From positions 1-37,655 of the forward strand of contig CANCDA010000001.1 in NCBI GenBank assembly GCA_947374705.1: 37,655 nt of DNA, in the 5' to 3' direction. The notes beneath the pieces were generated by a model, which saw only the letters and a program-made list of their open reading frames with translations, was not told the DNA's origin and did no database searches. Shown in pieces: positions 16,467 through 24,702 of this stretch. A program made the translations under genes and the position numbers. How positions within the stretch are numbered: the first letter of the stretch is position 1; every line of letters starts with the position of its first letter. The DNA is from Comamonadaceae bacterium (GTDB lineage Bacteria; Pseudomonadota; Gammaproteobacteria; Burkholderiales; Burkholderiaceae_C).

Positions 16467-17651
16467 TTAGTGTGTACGTCCGCGCATAGCTGCGGGGTGC
16501 CCCGGCAGCGTCAATGACTTGCCGGTGTTGACAATCTGGTCGCCGTCCACGCGCAGGATGGAGATGTCGCTGTCCATGAAATTGCCCACGTAGATGTAGC
16601 GCCCGTCCTGGCTGAACACTGCGCCTTCGGGCAGGCCGCGCACCTCCACTTCATTGCTGCGCGTGACTTTTTTGCCGTCGATTTTGAGCGCGACCACGGT
16701 GGCATTGCGGTTATAGAAGAAGGCCGACTTGGCCACGTTGGTGCCGCGCAGCAGAACGGCCACCGCAAGTTTGCCGGTGGGGCTGATGGCCAGGCCTTCG
16801 GGCGCATCGCCCACCACCACTTTGTCGATCACACGGGGTGGATTGGCTTCGATATCAATCACGCTGACCGTGTCCACATGCCCATCTGCTGCACCCGCGT
16901 TGCCGTTGTCCGCACTCAAGGCGAGCTTGCCGTCGGGGGTGACGTCCACGTTATAGGGCCACAGCCCCACGGTGACATCGAGCTTGTTGTACGTGACCTT
17001 CTCGCCATCCACATTGAGCATGGCGATTTTGTGACCGGGGAACTTGGCCGCCAAGGCGCGCTTGCCGTCTGGCGTGAAGCGCACGTGCGCGACCTGCTCG
17101 CCCATGGCCACGGTGTCGATCAGCTCCACTTTTTTGCCGCTGATGCGCAACACGCTGATGGAATTGTCGGTGCGGTTGGCAATGAGCGCCAGCGTGCCTG
17201 CAGCGTTGATGGACATGCCCGAGGGCTGCTTGCCCACGGCCAGGGTCTGGATGACGGCTGGCGGGTTGGCGCTGAGGTCAATCACGAACAGGCGGTTGTC
17301 GGGCACCAGCTTGCGCACACCATTTTCTGTGACCATGTTCATGGAGTTAGCGACCAGCGCCAAGCCCTCGTCAGGGGTGATGGCCAAGTTGACGGGTGGC
17401 CCGGCAATGGTGTTGGGAATGGGCAGGTTGGCGATGATCTTGGGGGCCAGCGGGTCGGTGCCGATGTCGAGGATGGACACCGTGTCCCTGCCCGCGTCGG
17501 ACAGGATGACCTTGCCGGCATCATCCCAACTTTGCTTTTCATCATTGGCCACCAGCATCAGCTCGCGCTTACCGGGCGGGGGCGACATGTTGGCGCAACC
17601 CGCAAGAAGGGCCAAACCTGAGAGGACGGCAGTGGCAATACGCAAGTTCAT
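16467..17651 (-). CDS. Lipoprotein, YVTN/YncE-like seven-bladed beta-propeller
   Basis: Lipobox LALLAGC at residues 13-19. Repeated blades read DG...A....N..ISV(L/I) (for example NSISVLRIS, DTVSVIDIE, SDISILRVD). Confidence 0.8.
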   Translation of the reverse strand: MNLRIATAVLSGLALLAGCANMSPPPGKRELMLVANDEKQSWDDAGKVILSDAGRDTVSILDIGTDPLAPKIIANLPIPNTIAGPPVNLAITPDEGLALVANSMNMVTENGVRKLVPDNRLFVIDLSANPPAVIQTLAVGKQPSGMSINAAGTLALIANRTDNSISVLRISGKKVELIDTVAMGEQVAHVRFTPDGKRALAAKFPGHKIAMLNVDGEKVTYNKLDVTVGLWPYNVDVTPDGKLALSADNGNAGAADGHVDTVSVIDIEANPPRVIDKVVVGDAPEGLAISPTGKLAVAVLLRGTNVAKSAFFYNRNATVVALKIDGKKVTRSNEVEVRGLPEGAVFSQDGRYIYVGNFMDSDISILRVDGDQIVNTGKSLTLPGHPAAMRGRTH

Positions 17652-17833
17652 GGTGAGACCTTTTAAGAAGAATTCCGCCGAATGTAACTCTCTTCCCCCC
17701 TCTAAAAATAGCCCACAAGGGTTTAACCCTATGCTGATTTTCAGACGCGCTTTTACTATTCAGCGATCTTCATTCTGACAGCCCACTGCGCGCTGCATAT
17801 GAGAAAAATTCAACCCCTAGAGACACAGACATC

Positions 17834-18907
17834 ATGACCCAACACAACCAGACCCCAGACACCACACCCGAAGGCTCACGCCGGGGTTTTCTCGCCAGCA
17901 CCGCTCTCGGCGCGGTGGCGGCCACCACGGCCGCATTGAGCACAACGCCCGCGCAAGCCCAAGCCACCCGCGCAGCCCCCACGGCTGAGATCGTCGGCAA
18001 AGAACACTGGGCCATCAAGAAGGTGGCCGGGCAAGACGTGCGCTTGTTCATGTGGAACAAAAAACTACGTAACCCCAGCGCCGCACCGTCGCGCGGCACA
18101 CTTATTTTTGTGCATGGCTCCTCGGTGTCATCGACCCCGGTGTTTGACTTGCAAATCCCCGGGCGCATTGAGGCTTCCACCATGGACTGGTTCGCGCGAC
18201 TGGGCTACGACACCTGGTGCTTTGACTGCGAGGGCTATGGCCGCTCTGACAAAACCCGCAACATGAACGCCACCATCGCTGACGGCGCCGACGACATCAC
18301 GGTGGTGAGCGAATACATCCTGAAGACCTCGGGCAGCAAAAAAGCCTTGTTCTACGGCTCATCCTCCGGCGCATTGCGAGCCGCCCTGTTTGCGCAGCGC
18401 CACCCCGAGCGCGTGTCCCGCTTGGCGCTGGATGCCTTTGTGTGGACGGGCGAAGGCAGCCCCACCCTGGCCGAGCGCAAAAAGAAACTCGACGTGTACC
18501 GCGCCAGCAACCGCCGCCCGATTGACCGCACCATGATCCGCAGCATCTTCACGCGAGACCACCCCGGCACCAGCGACCTGACCATCGTGGACGCTTTTGC
18601 CGACGCCGTGCTGGCCCTGGACACATCCGTGCCCACCGGCACCTACATCGACATGTCGGCCAACCTGCCCGTGTGTGACCCGGAAAAACTCAAAGTGCCC
18701 ACGCTCATCATGCGCGGCGAGTACGACGGCATAGCCAGTCTGCAAGACTTGACCAATTTCTTCGCCAAACTCCCTAACGGCGACAAACAGTTCATCGTCA
18801 TGCCCGGCATTGCGCATACCAGCACAAGGTCTAAAAACTTTGCGTTGGTGTACCACTTGCTAGAGGGGTTTTTCAGCCAGCCGGAGCCGGTTTATACGGG
18901 GGCGTGA
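17834..18907 (+). CDS. Tat-exported alpha/beta-fold hydrolase
   Basis: Twin-arginine signal SRRGFLASTALGAVAATTAALSTTPAQA. Oxyanion-region FVHGSS, nucleophile elbow GSSSG, and late PGIAHT (catalytic His region). Confidence 0.82.
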   Translation: MTQHNQTPDTTPEGSRRGFLASTALGAVAATTAALSTTPAQAQATRAAPTAEIVGKEHWAIKKVAGQDVRLFMWNKKLRNPSAAPSRGTLIFVHGSSVSSTPVFDLQIPGRIEASTMDWFARLGYDTWCFDCEGYGRSDKTRNMNATIADGADDITVVSEYILKTSGSKKALFYGSSSGALRAALFAQRHPERVSRLALDAFVWTGEGSPTLAERKKKLDVYRASNRRPIDRTMIRSIFTRDHPGTSDLTIVDAFADAVLALDTSVPTGTYIDMSANLPVCDPEKLKVPTLIMRGEYDGIASLQDLTNFFAKLPNGDKQFIVMPGIAHTSTRSKNFALVYHLLEGFFSQPEPVYTGA

Positions 18908-18984
18908 TCTTCTCTTGGATTCAGGACGTCTGCGTTAACATCGACGCCACTTCAAGATCAGCTCCCTTGCGCGGAGTTAGCCCC

Positions 18985-19524
18985 ATGAACACTATTGCCA
19001 CGACCGGTGAGGGTGCTGAAAAAGCAGCCCAACTGCTCATCGTTCCCACTGCCCTGATTCAACTCACGCTGGAAGAAGCGCGCGTGGTGGTCAACTACAT
19101 GACGCCGCGCTTCATTGCGGCTGACACCACTTTCATCCGCGAGGGTGACACGGGCGATGGCGGTTTTATGGTGCTGGTGTTAGAGGGCGAAGTGGTCGTG
19201 GAGAGCATCACCGTCAGCCGCACAGAACCCCTGACCATCAAGGTACTGGGGCCAGGCAGCCTGATTGGCGAAGTCGGCCTGATGGACAAAGAACCCCGCT
19301 CGGCCTCCTGCACGGCCAGCACCCCACTGTACTGCGCCATCCTGAGCCGCGCCGCGCTGGAGAAACTATTGGCCGATAACCCCCAGGTAGGTGCCAAGCT
19401 GCTGATGGCGATTTCTACCTTGCTGGCCCAGCGCCTGCGTGACAACGCCCGTAAATTGCGGCTCTACGCCAATCTGGCCACCGTCATGCAAAAAGAAATC
19501 GACAGCTTCACACGGCCTCAATAG
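18985..19524 (+). CDS. Stand-alone cyclic-nucleotide-binding (CAP effector) domain protein without a DNA-binding domain
   Basis: GGAG lies 8 nt before ATG 18985. Phosphate-binding-cassette-like GEVGLMDKEPRSASCTA. 179 aa with no HTH after the C-helix. Confidence 0.78.
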   Translation: MNTIATTGEGAEKAAQLLIVPTALIQLTLEEARVVVNYMTPRFIAADTTFIREGDTGDGGFMVLVLEGEVVVESITVSRTEPLTIKVLGPGSLIGEVGLMDKEPRSASCTASTPLYCAILSRAALEKLLADNPQVGAKLLMAISTLLAQRLRDNARKLRLYANLATVMQKEIDSFTRPQ

Positions 19525-21104
19525 CACTCAATCTGAACCGCACTCTTCTGCGCGGCCGCCACCATGTCGCCCACGCTGGCCGGGTTGTTGCTGACAGTGC
19601 CCAGGGCGTAGTCCACCGAATGGGCGTCTAAAAAACTCTGCACGGTGGCCAGGTTGATGCCGAAGTTCACATTTTGCGCATTCGCCGCACTAGTGGACAG
19701 CAGCCGCGCGCGCACGATGCCCACCAGCAAACCGCTGCGGTCAAACACCGGCCCACCGCTGGAGCCTGGCTGCACGGTGGCCGACATCTGGAAGGCGGAG
19801 GTGTCGTTGTTGGCCCCGCTCATGGCGTTGACAATGCCCATGGTGACGATGGGGCCCGACGACAGCATGCCGCGCAGCGGGTAGCCAATGGCCACCACAT
19901 CGTCGCCCAGGCGCAAACCGCGCCCACTGCGCAGGCGAACCGGCGCGATGCTGCCACCCTGCAAGCGCAACAAGGCCAGGTCGTTCTTGGCGTCTTTGGC
20001 CACCAGTTTGAGCGGCCACGCGCCCGGTTGCGCACGGAGGTTGGCGCAGTTGTTGATGACGTGCTCGTTGCTCACGATGTCCCCCGCCGCGCTCACCACC
20101 ACGCCGCTGCCATAAACGCCACGCCGGATGGTGGGCGCGATACCGGGGCTGCCCGCCATGCCGGGCAAGGTGCTGATCACGGTTTGTGCCACCACGGTCT
20201 TGGCCAGTTTGTCGGCCTCGGCCAGTTCCTGAGCTGACAGGGTTTTGCTCAGGCGCTCTTTGCCATCCAGCGCCGCTTTGAGCGTGGCCGCAGGCGCGCG
20301 CGCAGGCATGACCTGGTACCAGGCATGAGCCAGTGCGGGGTTGCGGGCCACACCGCCCCGCCCAAATTCATACACGCTGCCCATCCACAAATAAGCCGAC
20401 GTGCTGCCCGCCGTCACGCCGCGCTGCAACCATTTCAGCGCTTCGGGGCCATCGGCCACCACACCTTTGCCCAAGGCATAAAACCGCCCCACTGCGGCCA
20501 TGGCCTCGGCGTGGCCCAGCTCCCCAGCCCGCTTGTACTGGTCCAGCGCTTGCAGGTTGTCTTGGGGCATGCCGCCCAGCGCGGTCTCGGCAAAGTAGCC
20601 CAACCAGTACAGCGCGGTAGGGTCTTTTTTATCCGCCGCTTGGTTGAACCAGCTCTGCGCCACGGCCTCATCCTTGGGGTAGCCCTGGGCACCGGTGGCT
20701 ATCCAGATGCCCAGCAGGGATTGCGCAGGCGCATAGGCCTGGTCAGCGGCCTGCTTGACCAGCTCTACGCCCTTGGCGGCGTCCCGCGTCACCAAGTTGC
20801 CGCTCAGCATCATCAGCCCGAGTTGGTAGGTGGCGCGCAAACTGCCACCCGCCTGCGCACGGGTGATGTAGTCGCGCGCTTTGAGCTCGTCGCGTGTGCC
20901 GCCCAGGCCGCGCATCAGCATCTCGCCCAGATAGGCCATGGCCTCGGGCTGGCTCTCCTCGGCCAGAGGCGTGAACTCTTTGCGGGCCTCCACATACTGG
21001 CGTTTGTCAAAGGCGTCGCGGCCCTCTTCCATGCCCGCCATGGCCGCGCCGCTCACCAGCACATTGATAGCAGCAACCCAGGCAAAGATGAGCCGCTGTG
21101 ACAT
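19518..21104 (-). CDS. Secreted Sel1-repeat (TPR-like) / trypsin-like serine protease (S1 family) fusion protein
   Basis: Signal peptide [23 protein letters not shown]. It has about 6-7 Sel1-like units (A..YLG.M...G.G...D...A..W). The C-terminal protease domain carries SNEHVINNC (His), NDLALLRL (Asp) and GSSGGPVF (Ser). Confidence 0.85.
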   Translation of the reverse strand: MSQRLIFAWVAAINVLVSGAAMAGMEEGRDAFDKRQYVEARKEFTPLAEESQPEAMAYLGEMLMRGLGGTRDELKARDYITRAQAGGSLRATYQLGLMMLSGNLVTRDAAKGVELVKQAADQAYAPAQSLLGIWIATGAQGYPKDEAVAQSWFNQAADKKDPTALYWLGYFAETALGGMPQDNLQALDQYKRAGELGHAEAMAAVGRFYALGKGVVADGPEALKWLQRGVTAGSTSAYLWMGSVYEFGRGGVARNPALAHAWYQVMPARAPAATLKAALDGKERLSKTLSAQELAEADKLAKTVVAQTVISTLPGMAGSPGIAPTIRRGVYGSGVVVSAAGDIVSNEHVINNCANLRAQPGAWPLKLVAKDAKNDLALLRLQGGSIAPVRLRSGRGLRLGDDVVAIGYPLRGMLSSGPIVTMGIVNAMSGANNDTSAFQMSATVQPGSSGGPVFDRSGLLVGIVRARLLSTSAANAQNVNFGINLATVQSFLDAHSVDYALGTVSNNPASVGDMVAAAQKSAVQIECY

Positions 21105-22150
21105 CAGGCCGTCTCTCGGTAAAACAGCCCGCGTGACAGTGTGCGCGTGGCCAGCGGTTTAACCGCTTCACCGATGGCATGGATGTGCTCCGGCGTGGTG
21201 CCACAGCAGCCGCCCACGATGTTGACCAGCCCTTCAGCGGCAAACTCGCGCAGCAGGCGCGAGGTGACCTCGGGGGTTTCATCAAAACCGGTTTCGCTCA
21301 TCGGGTTGGGCAGGCCTGCGTTCGGGTAGCAACTGATGAAGGTATCGCCCGCCACCCTTGAGAGCTCCTGGATGTAGGGCCGCATCAGCGCCGCGCCCAG
21401 CGCGCAGTTCAAGCCCACGGCCAGCGGCTGGGCGTGGCGCACGCTGTGCCAAAAAGCGGTGACGGTCTGGCCCGACAGAATGCGCCCCGACGCGTCAGTC
21501 ACCGTGCCACTGATGATGAGCGGCAGGCGCTGGCCCGAGGCTTCAAAAAATTCATCCACCGCAAACAGTGCCGCCTTGGCATTGAGGGTGTCAAAAATCG
21601 TCTCCACCAACAACACATCCGCACCGCCCTCCACCAGCGCTTCGACCTGCTCCAGGTAGGCCGCACGCAACGCTTCAAACGTGACGTTGCGCGCGCCGGG
21701 GTCGTTCACATCGGGGCTGATGCTGGCGGTCTTGGGCGTGGGGCCGAGCGCGCCCACCACATAGCGCGGGTGCTCGGGGGTGGAGAGCTTGTCGCAGGCG
21801 GCGCGGGCGATGCGGGCCGAGGCCAGGTTCATCTCGCGTGCCAGGTGCGCCATGTCGTAATCGGCCTGGGCGATGGTGGTGGCGCCAAAGGTGTTGGTCT
21901 CGACCAGGTCGGCCCCGGCGGCCAGATAGCCTTCGTGGATGTCTTGAATCAGGTCGGGGCGGGTGAGCGAGAGCAGCTCGTTATTGCCTTTGACGTCTTT
22001 GGGGAAGTCCTTGAAACGCTCCCCTCGGTACTGCGCTTCACTGAGCTTGAAGCGCTGGATCATGGTGCCCATGGCCCCGTCGAGGATGAGGATACGGCGG
22101 GCCAGCCGCTCGGGCAGGTCTTGGGCGTGGGTGTAGTGAATGGCTTTCAT
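21104..22150 (-). CDS. Homocysteine S-methyltransferase domain protein (stand-alone MetH N-terminal Hcy-binding module)
   Basis: [45 protein letters not shown], and the zinc Cys ligands in GLNCALG and [10 protein letters not shown] are colinear with E. coli MetH residues about 1-340. ATG 22150 matches the MetH N-terminus. The protein ends at the domain boundary. Confidence 0.88.
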   Translation of the reverse strand: MKAIHYTHAQDLPERLARRILILDGAMGTMIQRFKLSEAQYRGERFKDFPKDVKGNNELLSLTRPDLIQDIHEGYLAAGADLVETNTFGATTIAQADYDMAHLAREMNLASARIARAACDKLSTPEHPRYVVGALGPTPKTASISPDVNDPGARNVTFEALRAAYLEQVEALVEGGADVLLVETIFDTLNAKAALFAVDEFFEASGQRLPLIISGTVTDASGRILSGQTVTAFWHSVRHAQPLAVGLNCALGAALMRPYIQELSRVAGDTFISCYPNAGLPNPMSETGFDETPEVTSRLLREFAAEGLVNIVGGCCGTTPEHIHAIGEAVKPLATRTLSRGLFYRETA

Positions 22151-22230
22151 AGAGTCTGCATTGTAGAAAGCCTGGGCAGCGCAATGGTGATGCACACGAT
22201 TGATAATGACCAGCAGGGGTCAATTGGCCT

Positions 22231-22252
22231 AAAAAAGACCACTCGAAAGTGG
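22231..22252 (-). terminator. Putative intrinsic terminator (UUCG tetraloop hairpin plus U-run)
   Basis: The minus strand reads CCACT-TTCG-AGTGG followed by TCTTTTTT. The stem is short (5 bp) but has a stable tetraloop and a good U-tract. It lies about 220 nt downstream of the MDR dehydrogenase stop. Confidence 0.5.
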
Positions 22253-22469
22253 GAAAACCTGATCGGCACCATCATGCTCAAAGGGGTGGGATTAGGCGTA
22301 TCAGTGAGCCACCTACGAAAGCTACAACCAACAAAAAATGGCTTCTCCCAATCTGCTCATTTTGCGCTTTCATGACGTTTTGATTTCTGCCTCTTCAATA
22401 ATCGCATCCATCTCGGCCCTCACCTGGCTGGCGTGAGACAGAGTTGACTCTCGATCAAAATAACGCAGG

Positions 22470-23501
22470 CTAATCCAGACGAATCGCCACCTTGCCAAAC
22501 TGCGCGCCTGACTCAAGTCGATCCAGCGCGGCGTGCGTCTGGTCGAGAGAGAACTCACTGTCGATGATGGGCCGCAGGCCGGTGCGGGCGACGAGGTTCA
22601 GCAAATCGCGGAACTCGTCGAAGTTGCCCAGTGTGGAGCCCAAAATCTGAAGCTGCCGAATGAAGATGCGCCGCAGATCGGCCGGTGGCTGATCGCCCGT
22701 GGTGGCCCCGCAGGTGACGAGCCGCCCGCCGCGCACCAGCGACTTCATGGCCGCTGACCACACGGCGGCACCGACGTTTTCAATCACCACATCCACACCG
22801 CGCCCGTTTGTCGCGGCCAGCACCGCCTTGGCCACGTCTTGCGTGCTGCTGTCGATCAGGTGGTCGGCCCCCAACAGCCGCGCCCGTTCCAACTTGGCCG
22901 GGTCACGCGAGGTGACGATGGCGCGCGCACCGGCTAGTCTGGCCAGTTGCAGCGCCGCCAGCGACACGCCACCGCCAATGCCAAAGATCAGCACCGTCTC
23001 CCAGGGCTTGAGCTGAGCCTTGGTGAACAGCATGCGCCACGCGGTCAGGTGGTTGACGCCCAGCGCGGCAGCCTCGGTGAAGCTCAGCCCCGCAGGCATG
23101 GGGAAGACGTTTGGCGCGGGCACACTGACCCATTGCGCCAGCGTGCCGTCACGGTGCTCGCCCAGGTACTGCACGGCCACGCACAAGACCACCTCACCGC
23201 GCAAGCAAAACTCACAGCGCCCGCAGCCTATGGCCGGGTGCAGCACCACGGCTTGGCCGGGGCGCAACACGGGGTCGTTGGCATCTGCCTCTTCCACCGT
23301 GCCCGCGCCGTCCAGCCCCATGATTTGGGGCAACTGGTGGGTGATGCCTGCGCCGCTGTCGCGCATGTAGATATCCACCCGGTTCAAGGTGGCTGCGTGC
23401 AGGCGCACCAGCACATGGCCCGCTTGGCGCACGGGCTTGGGGCGTTGGCCCACGCTGACGACTTCGTTACCGCCGTGCCCGGTGATGAAAGCGGCCTGCA
23501 T
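22470..23501 (-). CDS. Zinc-type/MDR-superfamily alcohol dehydrogenase or quinone oxidoreductase
   Basis: 343 aa. GCGRCEFCLRGE (structural Zn-type Cys cluster) and the nucleotide-binding LIFGIGGGVSLAALQLA. The ATG lies 2 nt after the gcdH stop. Confidence 0.88.
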   Translation of the reverse strand: MQAAFITGHGGNEVVSVGQRPKPVRQAGHVLVRLHAATLNRVDIYMRDSGAGITHQLPQIMGLDGAGTVEEADANDPVLRPGQAVVLHPAIGCGRCEFCLRGEVVLCVAVQYLGEHRDGTLAQWVSVPAPNVFPMPAGLSFTEAAALGVNHLTAWRMLFTKAQLKPWETVLIFGIGGGVSLAALQLARLAGARAIVTSRDPAKLERARLLGADHLIDSSTQDVAKAVLAATNGRGVDVVIENVGAAVWSAAMKSLVRGGRLVTCGATTGDQPPADLRRIFIRQLQILGSTLGNFDEFRDLLNLVARTGLRPIIDSEFSLDQTHAALDRLESGAQFGKVAIRLD

Positions 23502-23503
23502 GG

Positions 23504-24679
23504 TTAGAAAGCGGCAATGCCGGTGATGGCACGACCCAAAATCAGCGCGTGCACGTCGTGCGTGCCTTCGTAGGTGTTGACGACTTCCAGGTTAACCAGG
23601 TGGCGGGCCACGCCAAACTCGTCGCTGATGCCGTTGCCGCCCAGCATGTCGCGGGCGGTGCGGGCGATGTCCAGCGCCTTGCCGCAGCTGTTGCGCTTCA
23701 TGATGGAGGTGGCTTCAAAGCAGGCATCGCCTTCGTCCTTCATGCGGCCCAGGCGCAGGCAGCCCTGCAGACCCAGCGAAATGTCGGTCAGCATGTCGGC
23801 CAGCTTTTTCTGGACCAACTGGTTGGCGGCCAGCGGCTTGCCAAACTGCTGGCGGTCCAGCACGTACTGGCGCGCACGCGCAAAGCAGTCTTCGGCGGCA
23901 CCCAGCGCGCCCCAGGCAATGCCGTAGCGCGCCGAGTTCAGGCAGGTGAACGGGCCTTTGAGTCCGCGCACGTCGGGAAAGGCGTTTTCTTCGGGGCAAA
24001 AGACCTCGTCCATGACGATCTCGCCGGTGATGGAGGCGCGCAGGCCGACCTTGCCGTGAATGGCGGGGGCGTTCAGGCCCTTCCAGCCTTTCTCCAGCAC
24101 AAAACCGCGTATGGTGCCCTCGTCGTCCTTGGCCCAGACCACAAACACATCGGCGATGGGGCTGTTGGTGATCCACATTTTGGCACCGGTCAAACGGTAA
24201 CCGCCAGGTACTTTTTTCGCACGCGTGATCATGCTGCCGGGGTCGGAGCCGTGGTTCGGCTCGGTCAGGCCGAAGCAACCAATCCATTCGCCTGTGGCCA
24301 GTTTGGGCAGGTATTTTTGCTTCTGCGCTTCGGTGCCAAATTCATTGATGGGCACCATCACCAGCGAGGACTGCACGCTCATCATGGAGCGGTAGCCCGA
24401 GTCAATGCCCTCGACCTCCCGTGCCACCAGCCCGTAGCAGACGTAGTTCAGACCCGCGCCGCCATAGGCTTCGGGGATGGTGGAGCCCAGCAGGCCCAGC
24501 GCACCCATTTCACGAAAGATGCCGGGGTCGGTGGTCTCGTTGCGAAAGGCGCTGAGCACGCGCGGCGCAAGGCTGTTCTGGCAGTAGTCGCGCGCGGCTT
24601 CGCGCACAGCGCGTTCGTCGTCGGTCAGTTGCTGATTGAGCTGCAGGGGATCGTCCCAATGAAATGAGGCTTTGGCCAT
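23504..24679 (-). CDS. gcdH: Glutaryl-CoA dehydrogenase
   Basis: [44 protein letters not shown] is the characteristic GcdH N-terminus. AGGA lies 6 nt before ATG 24679. Acyl-CoA dehydrogenase fold throughout. Confidence 0.88.
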   Translation of the reverse strand: MAKASFHWDDPLQLNQQLTDDERAVREAARDYCQNSLAPRVLSAFRNETTDPGIFREMGALGLLGSTIPEAYGGAGLNYVCYGLVAREVEGIDSGYRSMMSVQSSLVMVPINEFGTEAQKQKYLPKLATGEWIGCFGLTEPNHGSDPGSMITRAKKVPGGYRLTGAKMWITNSPIADVFVVWAKDDEGTIRGFVLEKGWKGLNAPAIHGKVGLRASITGEIVMDEVFCPEENAFPDVRGLKGPFTCLNSARYGIAWGALGAAEDCFARARQYVLDRQQFGKPLAANQLVQKKLADMLTDISLGLQGCLRLGRMKDEGDACFEATSIMKRNSCGKALDIARTARDMLGGNGISDEFGVARHLVNLEVVNTYEGTHDVHALILGRAITGIAAF

Positions 24680-24702
24680 GGTGTGTCCTTTTTGAAGAAG
24701 GG

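Noticed and set aside
18904-18984. Longer start for the cNMP-domain protein, overlapping the hydrolase stop (ATGA-like at 18904)
   Set aside because: The 27 extra residues (MIFSWIQDVCVNIDATSRSAPLRGVSP) have no RBS, whereas ATG 18985 has GGAG at ideal spacing. The longer form cannot be fully excluded.
22151-22469. Possible SAH, SAM or cobalamin riboswitch upstream of the MetH-module gene
   Set aside because: I read the minus-strand leader for the conserved cores I remember: the SAH element GAGGAGCG...CAACGGCGCUCA, and the B12 box. I found only a weak GGCTCAC fragment. A terminator in the middle of the region also argues that the upstream part belongs to the preceding transcript. A covariance-model scan (Rfam SAH_riboswitch, Cobalamin) would settle it.
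22370-22558. 62-aa minus-strand ORF overlapping the 3' end of the MDR dehydrogenase gene
   Set aside because: Its first two thirds lie out of frame inside a well-supported gene. Only its tail (after 22470) is intergenic, and that part is discussed as a possible relic in the spacer finding rather than called as a gene.
23549-24667. 372-aa plus-strand ORF opposite gcdH, and similar shadows at 412-1365, 4881-5777, 8700-9389, 12610-13299, 13379-14227, 16878-17621, 20325-21101, 21434-22375, 26713-27519, 28514-29287, 29414-30286 and 35697-36251
   Set aside because: All are mirror-frame ORFs of confidently identified genes, lack RBS or start context, and have antisense-type amino-acid composition.
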